Origin: Archangium sp.
GTDB taxonomy: Bacteria; Myxococcota; Myxococcia; Myxococcales; Myxococcaceae
DNA: 38,314 nucleotides
Direction of reading: 5' to 3'
NCBI GenBank assembly: GCA_031367385.1
Contig: JANLPS010000316.1
Location: 1 to 38,314, forward strand
Shown one piece after another: positions 17,693 to 25,209 of this stretch. Below the pieces are notes generated by a model, which saw only the letters and a list, made by a program, of their open reading frames with translations, was not told where the DNA came from and made no database searches. Numbering within the stretch: the stretch's first letter is position 1; every line of letters starts with the position of its first letter. The translations under genes and the position numbers were made by a program.

Positions 17693-19753
17693 ATGCAGCC
17701 GCCTGATCTTCTCGAACGAAGCCTCTTCATCACGCGCTTCGGCCAGAGCGACGTCACCAATCGCCCGGTCAAGCGGCTGCATGCCCTGGCCTCGAGCGCG
17801 CCGACCGACTCCATCGATACCTCGGTTGAATGGCTCGAAGACATGCTGGGCTGGCTGTTCGAGCCGGGCCGAATACCCGGCAGGCTCGTGGCTGAGAGCG
17901 AGCTGCAGGCCAGAACCCGGGTGCTGCTCGAGCTGCTCACCGAGAGCGACGTGGTGCGCGAGCGGGCGCGAAGCTCGGTGTCTCGCGTTCTGGGCCAGAC
18001 CACCGCGACCCGCCTTTTCACCGATACCGGGTTGCCCACGCACCCCGGGTTTTGGCGTGAGCTCTTCGACCGCTTCGGGCGGCAGGTGTTGCCCGAGCCG
18101 CCAGTGGGCCGTGATTTCTCGCGCTTCGTGACGCGCCTGGTGTCGTCGCCGCACGTGACCCGGTGGCTGGGCGAGCTGCCCCAGCCGCTGCGGCACCGGT
18201 TCTCAGAGCTGCTCGGCCTGGGCCAACTGACCCGCGTGCTGCAGCCTGCGATGAACGAAGCCGCGTTGTTGCTCGCGGCGCGCTTGGCGATGCTCGGCAC
18301 CAGCGATGACGTACGGCGGCGGGTGCCGAACCTCTCGGTGGCCGAATCTCCATTTCTGGCGTTGCAGGCGCACCTGCCCGGAGCGCTCGACGCCTCGCTA
18401 CCGCTCAGCAAGATCGATCAAGACCTGGCCAAGTGCCGCGGGGTGCTCAACCGCGTGCATTCGGCGCTCGAGGCGACCGGCATCAGCATCGACCTGGTAT
18501 TTCGGCTCGAGCTGATGTCGAAGAGCCTGACCCGGCTCGAGCTGTTGCTGCACATCGCCCGCGGCACCGAGGCCCAGAGTGAGCCTGCGTGGTTGCGGCT
18601 CGAGCGTTCGCTCATCGAAGGTGCGTTGATCGATCGCAGCCTGATGGCGCTGTTGCGGGCCAACACCAACCTGCTCGCGCGGCGGGTCGTCGAGCGCGCC
18701 GGTGACGCGGGCGAGCACTACATGACCCGCACCCGAGACGAACAGCACGCGATGCTCGGGTCGGCGGCGGGGGGTGGCGCGCTCACCGCTCTGATGGTGC
18801 TGATGAAGTACATGGTGATGTGGGTCGGCCTGCCACCCTTGTTCAACGCCCTGGCCATCGGAGTGAACTACGGCATCGGCTTCGTCGCGATGCAGCTGGC
18901 GCACTTCAGCCTCGCGACCAAGCAACCATCGATGACGGCGGCGGCGTTGGCGGGGGCGATCGCCAATCAAAACGACAACGACTTCGAGCCCCTGGTCGAT
19001 CAAGTCACCCGGGCCTCGCGTACCCAGCTCTTCGCGCTGTTCGGCAACGTCGGCATCGTCATACCGGTGGTGTTCGCGATCGACCTGCTGGTGCGCCTCG
19101 TGTTCGGTCACCACGTACTCGACACGAAGTACGCGCAGCACATCGTCGAGTCGCACCACCCGTTGAAGAGCGCCACCGTGATCTACGCAGCGGTGACCGG
19201 CATCTGGTTGTGGGCCGCGAGCCTGATGGGCGGCGCGGTCGAGAACTGGTTCGTGCTGCGTGAAATGCCCGGAGCGATTGCTTCGAACCGGTTGCTTCGA
19301 CGGTTGATCGGGGGCCAGCGCGCCGCACAGCTCGCCCGCTTCATGCGCCACAACATCAGCGGCTTCGGCGGCAACTTCGGCTTCGGCCTGTTGCTCGGCA
19401 TCATGCCCTCGCTCTTTCAGATGATCGGCGTGCCGCTCGAGGTTCGCCACGTCACCTTCGTCTCAGGGCAGCTGACCTACGCGGCGACGGCCCTGGGGCC
19501 ATGGGTGACGACCGAGCCCGATTTTCTGTGGGCGCTGCTGTCGATACCGCTGGTCGGGTTGCTCAACTTCGCGGTCAGCTTCGCGCTGGCGATGATCGTC
19601 GCGCTCAACGCGCGAGGCAAGGGCGTCAGAGATCAGGCGGCGCTGACGTTGGCGGTGCTGCGGCGGCTGGCGAAGCGGCCCGGTGAGTTCATTTTGGCTC
19701 CGAAGAATTCGGCTGCAGAGTCGAGTGACGTGGCCGCAGCGCCCAACGCGTAG
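17693..19753 (+). CDS. Gcr-family ('site-specific recombinase'-labelled) polytopic membrane protein
   Basis: GEHYMTRTRDE, SAAGGGALTA, LATKQPSMTAAALA and PLEVRHVT motifs; several hydrophobic helices in the C-terminal half. Confidence 0.82.
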   Translation: MQPPDLLERSLFITRFGQSDVTNRPVKRLHALASSAPTDSIDTSVEWLEDMLGWLFEPGRIPGRLVAESELQARTRVLLELLTESDVVRERARSSVSRVLGQTTATRLFTDTGLPTHPGFWRELFDRFGRQVLPEPPVGRDFSRFVTRLVSSPHVTRWLGELPQPLRHRFSELLGLGQLTRVLQPAMNEAALLLAARLAMLGTSDDVRRRVPNLSVAESPFLALQAHLPGALDASLPLSKIDQDLAKCRGVLNRVHSALEATGISIDLVFRLELMSKSLTRLELLLHIARGTEAQSEPAWLRLERSLIEGALIDRSLMALLRANTNLLARRVVERAGDAGEHYMTRTRDEQHAMLGSAAGGGALTALMVLMKYMVMWVGLPPLFNALAIGVNYGIGFVAMQLAHFSLATKQPSMTAAALAGAIANQNDNDFEPLVDQVTRASRTQLFALFGNVGIVIPVVFAIDLLVRLVFGHHVLDTKYAQHIVESHHPLKSATVIYAAVTGIWLWAASLMGGAVENWFVLREMPGAIASNRLLRRLIGGQRAAQLARFMRHNISGFGGNFGFGLLLGIMPSLFQMIGVPLEVRHVTFVSGQLTYAATALGPWVTTEPDFLWALLSIPLVGLLNFAVSFALAMIVALNARGKGVRDQAALTLAVLRRLAKRPGEFILAPKNSAAESSDVAAAPNA

Positions 19754-19790
19754 TGGTTCGTGGTTCGTGGTTCGTGGTTCACCATGAGAG
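19753..19790 (+). repeat. (GTGGTTC)x4 microsatellite merging into a REP-like remnant ACCATGAGAG
   Basis: Exact 7-mer x4 at 19753-19780; the tail matches the 24542-24569 element. Confidence 0.85.
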
Positions 19791-19851
19791 GTACGAGTGC
19801 GAGTCGGCCAGGTCTCTGAGCGGTCTTCTTTCGAGGGCCGCGGCCGCGACG

Positions 19852-20757
19852 TCACGGCACCACCAGCTGGTTCGCATCGCCGCGCGTGTCGGCGACCGCG
19901 GTCACGCTCACCGCATCGCCGATGGCCGGCGCAGGCGAGAGCCCCGCGGTCGAGAAGACCGTGATGCCGGCGCGTTCTCCACCGGCCGGGTCTTCGATGA
20001 AGAGCGTGCGCTGCTTGCTTTGATTCACTGCGACGCCGACGACGATGCCGCGAACGGTGACCGTGGGCTTGCCTGCTGGGTAATTCGTCTGCAGCGCTTG
20101 AATGTCAGTGGTGGCAGCGGGCGTCACGGCCCCCACCGGGTCGCTGCCTACTCCGACTCCGGCGCACGACGCGAGGGCCAGGCTGTACGACGTCGTGCCG
20201 TCGGTGAGCAAACGGCTCGACCACACGCCGGTGATGCTGGTGAGGGCGACACCATTGAATTGCGCGGCACACGTGCTCATGCCTGACCCGAGCAGCACGA
20301 AGGTATCGACCAACACGATGTGCGCAGCGCTGTCGCTCGCCGCAAAGCCGTCGCAGACCCCCATGAAGATGTTCGGGCAGTGATCGGCATCAACCACGGT
20401 GTTGCTCGACATCGTCGCGACTTGCACGGTGACCAGTTGCCCTACGCGCCTTTGGGCGGCGGTGCCTGCGTCGAGGCTTTGAGTGCGCGCCAACTGCGTC
20501 GCATCGGTCACGACCCACGGGGCCGGCAGCCGGTTGTTGCTCGAGAGCACGGTGACGCCTCGAGGTATGCCAGCGTCGCTCGGAGCTGCCCCCGCATCTC
20601 GAGCGGCCGCCCCGCCGTCGCGCGCACCGACTCCAGCGTCGAGCGGTGAGAAAAAAGGTGGCGCTGCTTGGGTCGCAGACGCCGGCCCAGGCGTCGGGTC
20701 ACACGCGACCGCCAGCACCGACGCGGCCATCGCCAACACTCGAATGGTGGTTTTCAA
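19852..20757 (-). CDS. Lipoprotein with DAG-rich linker and putative OB-fold domain(s)
   Basis: Lipobox AVAC; C-terminal TVTVRGIVVG…LFIEDPAGGERAGITVF…PAIGDAVSVTA resembles YhcR/ExeM-type OB domains; TTG start overlaps the TBDR stop. Confidence 0.75.
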   Translation of the reverse strand: MKTTIRVLAMAASVLAVACDPTPGPASATQAAPPFFSPLDAGVGARDGGAAARDAGAAPSDAGIPRGVTVLSSNNRLPAPWVVTDATQLARTQSLDAGTAAQRRVGQLVTVQVATMSSNTVVDADHCPNIFMGVCDGFAASDSAAHIVLVDTFVLLGSGMSTCAAQFNGVALTSITGVWSSRLLTDGTTSYSLALASCAGVGVGSDPVGAVTPAATTDIQALQTNYPAGKPTVTVRGIVVGVAVNQSKQRTLFIEDPAGGERAGITVFSTAGLSPAPAIGDAVSVTAVADTRGDANQLVVP

Positions 20758-23540
20758 TTTCGCACCCTCACGATGAGCTCACCCTGCAGCGGCGCCACGC
20801 GCGACACGGCCGTGCCGAAACGGTTCGTCGCCCCGGGCGTGTAGGCATCTGTGAGGGCCGTCGGCGTGGTGCTGTTGAGGGCGTTGACCACCAACCCGAT
20901 CAGCTCGATTCGCGTTTGTTTGAGCTCGAAGAGCTGCCCGACGTTGTACCGAACCTGCAAGTCGATGGTGAGCTGATCGGGGTTGCGAAGCTCAGACCAC
21001 TGCGTCGGGTCGTTGAGGTTCGGGGTGCCCGTCGTCGTGTCGTTCGGGTAGCCCGTGCCCCGCGGCGACCGAATCACCCGCTGAGTCTCTCCAGGAGTCG
21101 GGTTGGGGAAGGTCTCCCACATCGGAGTGCCAGTGTAGAACTGCACCCGCAGGCCCAAGTCGAGCCCAAACGACGTTCGATAGGCCACCGAGGCTTTGAA
21201 GGTGTGCCGGCGGTCGTCAGAGACGTTGCCCTCGTAGAACTTCGTGTACCGCGGGTTGAGCAACAGCCCTGAGAAATAGTCGTCGACGGTGCCGGTGGCG
21301 AACGAGAGCGTGTAGCTCGCCAGAATGTCGAACTTGCCCGGCGTCGCCTGAACCCACACGTCGACGCCTTTGTACTCGCGCCACGCTTGCTTCGTGGTGT
21401 GCGCCACCAGAATGCTCTGCGCGCTGCCATTGGCGTAGCCGACCACCCGGGCGCCCGTCGGGTCGTAGATTCGATTGGTCTCCTCGTCGGCCCACATGTT
21501 CGAGTACCGGCGGTAGGTGAAGTCGAGCCCAATTACGCTCGAGTCGAAGATCTCACGTTTGATGCCCACCGCGACCTCATCGACCGATGGTGGCGCGCTG
21601 CGCTCGATTGAGCGATTGCCGCCTGTTTGCTGGCAGCCCGCCATCTGCACATTCAACTGACAGTTGGGGAAGGTGCCGTTGCCGAACGTCGCGGTGACCT
21701 GGGTCAGCGCGGGGTTGGCGTGCTGCGCGACGAGAATGTTGCCCACGTCGTTCGAGCGGCCGTAGTGCGCGGTGACGATGGTCTTGCGGTCTCCCATCAA
21801 GTCCCACGTGGCGCCGAGGCGCGGGCCGTAGCCGGTCAACGTGGCGACGCGCGCGCCACCGTTGCCAGACAGCCAGCCTTGATCGAAGCGCATGCCGCCC
21901 ATCACCGTGAAGTAGCGGTTGAGCTCCCACCGGTCTTGAAGAAAGAGGCCCATGCTCGTCACCGCGCCGAATGAGCGCTGGGGCGCGAGCTGCCCATCTG
22001 AGTTGTAGAAGTCGACGTGTTGGTTGCAGAACGCGAACGTCGCCGCGTTCGTCGGGTCGCACACGCCGCTGCGATCATTGTAGCGCTGGGTGGTGGTGAC
22101 GCCCTGCAGCTGCACGCTTCGTTGAGCCGAGAGCTGAACACCGCCCTTGAGGTGATGAGCTCCGAGCTTCCACGTGAGCGTTGGGTCGAATTGAAAACGC
22201 TGCTTCGACTCGTTCAAGAAATTGCCCGGGTTGTCAGACGAGATTGACCCCGCCGCAAACTGCGTCACGCGCTGGGTGCTGTCGGTGTGCGAGACCAGAC
22301 CCGTGCTTTTCTCGCCGCCCTGGTCGACCTCTTTTTGCGTCACGCCGGCCTGCACTTGAAGAAGCAGGGTGTCGGTGAACTGGTGGTCGTAGTTGGCAAT
22401 GAGAAAGAAGCCGCCGCGATCAATTTTTTGCTCGGCGTCGAGGGTGACCGCGCTGTTGCCGATGACGTTGTCGATGGTGTTGTGGTCGTAGTTGAACGCG
22501 AGCGAAATGCGGTCGTTGGGCGTCGCTTGCCAGGTCAGCTTCGCGCGAAAAAGCGTCGTCTGTGTGTCAGTGCCGCGCACCTCTTGCGGCGAGTAGAACG
22601 TCGACACCAGGCTCTCGCGGCGATTGAAGTTCGCTTGACCAGAAATCGAGAACCACAACTTGTCTTTCACCAACGGCCCGCTGAGCACGGCCACCGGTGA
22701 GTAAAAGTACGACTGTGGCAACTTGGTTTGATTGTCGGCTCCGTACACCCCAATGAAGCCAGGCTGACTGCCGGGCACGGCATTTTGCGCCGTCATCCAC
22801 GGAGGGCTGGCGGTGAGGTTCAAGTCGTACTTGAAGGCATTGCTGCCGCTCTTGGTGACCGCGTTCGTCACCGCGCCCAGGGCGTTGTATTGCGCGTCGA
22901 AGCCGCCCGTAATGACCTCGAACTGGTCGACCGCGTCGTAGTTCATCGGCGCGGTGATGCTGCCATCGGTGATGTCGGTCGTGTCCATGCCGTCGACGTA
23001 GAACTTGCTGAACCGCGCGAGGCCACCGCGCGTTGACGGCCGAGTGCCAGGGCCCACGCCAGCGGCCTGCGAGGCAATGCGCTCGACTTGGTGAAAGATG
23101 GGTGTTTGAGCGGCCTTCTCGAAGGTGAAGACCGTGGTGGCTTGGGTCGATTCGGTCGACATCACCGGGTTCGCGGTGGCGACCACCTCGACCACCTCGC
23201 CCTCGATCTCGGAGGTCTGCAGCTTCACGTCGACTTTGGTGGTGCGCCCCAGGTTCACCACGATGCCGCTCTCGCGCACCTTGGCGAAGCCCTCCACGGT
23301 GACCTGCACCACGTAGTCGACGCCGGGCGCCAAGCTCTCGAAAGCGAAGGTGCCGTCTTTGGCAGTTTCACGCACCGCGGTGCCGAGCTGCGCGGTGCCG
23401 CTCAAGCTGACCGTGATGTACGGCAGCGCGACGCCGGTGGGGTCGGTCACCTTGCCGGCGATTCGGCCCGTGGTTTCGCCAGCACCCCATGCGACCGATG
23501 ACACGAGCACCAACACCGACACCCAAGCAGCGCGCTTCAT
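20754..23540 (-). CDS. Oar-like TonB-dependent outer membrane receptor with N-terminal carboxypeptidase-regulatory-like domain
   Basis: Signal peptide; GRIAGKVTDPTGVALP…GTFAFESLAPG; plug motif YVDG…DAVDQFEVITGGFDAQY…VTKSGSN; SGPLVKDKLWF; FLQDRW beta-barrel strands. Confidence 0.9.
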   Translation of the reverse strand: MKRAAWVSVLVLVSSVAWGAGETTGRIAGKVTDPTGVALPYITVSLSGTAQLGTAVRETAKDGTFAFESLAPGVDYVVQVTVEGFAKVRESGIVVNLGRTTKVDVKLQTSEIEGEVVEVVATANPVMSTESTQATTVFTFEKAAQTPIFHQVERIASQAAGVGPGTRPSTRGGLARFSKFYVDGMDTTDITDGSITAPMNYDAVDQFEVITGGFDAQYNALGAVTNAVTKSGSNAFKYDLNLTASPPWMTAQNAVPGSQPGFIGVYGADNQTKLPQSYFYSPVAVLSGPLVKDKLWFSISGQANFNRRESLVSTFYSPQEVRGTDTQTTLFRAKLTWQATPNDRISLAFNYDHNTIDNVIGNSAVTLDAEQKIDRGGFFLIANYDHQFTDTLLLQVQAGVTQKEVDQGGEKSTGLVSHTDSTQRVTQFAAGSISSDNPGNFLNESKQRFQFDPTLTWKLGAHHLKGGVQLSAQRSVQLQGVTTTQRYNDRSGVCDPTNAATFAFCNQHVDFYNSDGQLAPQRSFGAVTSMGLFLQDRWELNRYFTVMGGMRFDQGWLSGNGGARVATLTGYGPRLGATWDLMGDRKTIVTAHYGRSNDVGNILVAQHANPALTQVTATFGNGTFPNCQLNVQMAGCQQTGGNRSIERSAPPSVDEVAVGIKREIFDSSVIGLDFTYRRYSNMWADEETNRIYDPTGARVVGYANGSAQSILVAHTTKQAWREYKGVDVWVQATPGKFDILASYTLSFATGTVDDYFSGLLLNPRYTKFYEGNVSDDRRHTFKASVAYRTSFGLDLGLRVQFYTGTPMWETFPNPTPGETQRVIRSPRGTGYPNDTTTGTPNLNDPTQWSELRNPDQLTIDLQVRYNVGQLFELKQTRIELIGLVVNALNSTTPTALTDAYTPGATNRFGTAVSRVAPLQGELIVRVRN

Positions 23541-24487
23541 TGCGACACCACGAAGATCGTGTTGAACGCGACCGGGGCGGCGGTGGTGATGTCGACGTCT
23601 TTGTCGCCGCAGGTGCCGCCGTTGCAGATACCGGTGAAATCACCCGGTACTTTGCCTGCAGGCAATCGCCAGCTGTGGAGCCTGACGATCGGTGAATACC
23701 CAGGTTCGCCGCGCTTGAAGGGCAACAAGACGACCTTCGCGTCAGTGGGCTTTGCGAAGGTGGTGGCACCGGCGGGGTCGAGAATCACGCCCTCCATCGC
23801 GACGAGCTCGCCCTTGTCGCTGACCGGCACCGGTCCTCCGTCGAGGTAGGTGAGAAGCAGGTCTTTGTACCAGCCGTAGGAGACGGCGAGCGTGAAGTCG
23901 GGGTTCGAGGGCGCGAGCGGCGCGGTGGGGTCGATCGCGGCCCACAGCTGAGGTTGCGGCGTGACCGTTTCGTCTGCGGTGACGTTGAATTTCGTTGAAG
24001 CGCTGCCTTTGTACGCAACCGCCTGGGCGTCTTTGAGATCGTTGCACGAATACGGGGCGGTACCGGCAATGGGCACCACGTTCACGAATGGGTTGACCAC
24101 CACGCTCGCCACGCGGCTCGTCAGGGGCAGCGCCGTAAAAAGGGGGAACTGGTTGCTGAGCGAGTAGGCGTCTCGCATGGATTGAAAGTCATCGTTTGGT
24201 TTGCAGCGCCCCTGACCAAACGAGAAGACCGGCGCGAGGTCGGCCGCTTTGATTGCCGGGAGCGCGGTCGTGCTGAGCGAGCCCAAGTTGTAGAAGAAGA
24301 GGGGTGCCCCGCCCGCAAAGCCTTGCTGGGAGGGGTAGCAGGGGGCGCTCCCGCATCGGCCGGGCAGAAACTTGGCGTCGAAGACCGAGGCATCGATGAA
24401 CCCCTTGTATTCGTCGGGGAGCGACGGCCCAGCGGCGCCGCAGGAGGCGAGGCTCAACAGTGCAGCGAAGGAGAGAACGGTTCTCAT
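23537..24487 (-). CDS. Uncharacterised Cys-containing lipoprotein, first gene of the TBDR operon
   Basis: MRTVLSFAALLSLASC lipobox; ATGA overlap with the TBDR; PGYSPIVR motif. Confidence 0.8.
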   Translation of the reverse strand: MRTVLSFAALLSLASCGAAGPSLPDEYKGFIDASVFDAKFLPGRCGSAPCYPSQQGFAGGAPLFFYNLGSLSTTALPAIKAADLAPVFSFGQGRCKPNDDFQSMRDAYSLSNQFPLFTALPLTSRVASVVVNPFVNVVPIAGTAPYSCNDLKDAQAVAYKGSASTKFNVTADETVTPQPQLWAAIDPTAPLAPSNPDFTLAVSYGWYKDLLLTYLDGGPVPVSDKGELVAMEGVILDPAGATTFAKPTDAKVVLLPFKRGEPGYSPIVRLHSWRLPAGKVPGDFTGICNGGTCGDKDVDITTAAPVAFNTIFVVSQ

Positions 24488-24541
24488 GCGGCCGCGCGCT
24501 AGCACGTCTGGGGGCGCACCGATTGTGAAGTTGCGGTGACC

Positions 24542-24569
24542 TCGTGGTTCGACAGGCTCACGATGAGAG
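24542..24569 (+). repeat. REP-like intergenic element TCGTGGTTCGACAGGCTCACGATGAGAG
   Basis: Shares both ends with 19772-19790 and resembles the dispersed TTCGACA(A/G)GCTCA-type repeats of many bacteria. Confidence 0.5.
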
Positions 24570-24591
24570 TTGGCGACGCATCGAATGCGAT

Positions 24592-25140
24592 TTACGAGCG
24601 CGACTCGGCCAGGTCTCGCAGCGCCACCACCGTCTTCCAGTTTCGAATGGTGCTGATGGTCTTCAACTTCGAATCGAAGAACGCGTTGGTCAGCTTGCTG
24701 CGGCCAACCCCGTTGGGCAGCAGCAGGTACAGCTCTCGGCCCGACGCGGCGACCACATCGGGCGCGAACTTCGCCGTGTCCATCGCCTTGAGAGCGATTA
24801 CCGCCGGCAGGTCAGCGAGAAAAGCGACATGCAAGAACGCCGCATCATGCGCTGAGAGGTGCGGGTTGTTCTTCACAGCCGCGGCGAGATCCTTGGCGGT
24901 GCGCAACACCACGGGCGATCGAACCTGATGCCGTTTTTCAAGCGCAGCTGAAACCAGACCGGGCACCTTCGCTGCGACCGATGCGCTGGCATCGAAAACC
25001 ACGTTCCCGCTCTGAATGTAGGTGCTGACCTGGCTAGCCCCCGCGGCCTCGAACACGGCCACCAGGTCTTTCATCGCCAGCCGGTTGTTGCCGCCGACGT
25101 TGAGGCCTCGGAGTAACGCAATGTAGGTCTGAGCCGCCAT
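24592..25140 (-). CDS. DUF1697 family protein
   Basis: YIALLRGLNVGGNNRLAMKDL, VSTYIQSGNVVF and TIRNWKTV motifs. Confidence 0.92.
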   Translation of the reverse strand: MAAQTYIALLRGLNVGGNNRLAMKDLVAVFEAAGASQVSTYIQSGNVVFDASASVAAKVPGLVSAALEKRHQVRSPVVLRTAKDLAAAVKNNPHLSAHDAAFLHVAFLADLPAVIALKAMDTAKFAPDVVAASGRELYLLLPNGVGRSKLTNAFFDSKLKTISTIRNWKTVVALRDLAESRS

Positions 25141-25209
25141 TTGGGCCTCTGTAGCGCCCTTCGAGAGCGTGCGCGACGCCGAGCCGGTTCGCCCCTACAG
25201 TGCGCCGTA

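Noticed and set aside
17693..19753. Integrase or mobile element implied by the 'site-specific recombinase' family label
   Set aside because: No catalytic recombinase motifs, att sites or mobile cargo; the protein is largely transmembrane
19753..20286. 177-aa ORF starting in the GTGGTTC repeat (possible phase-variable gene)
   Set aside because: Arg-rich translation with no motifs, mostly antisense to the lipoprotein gene, and no RBS
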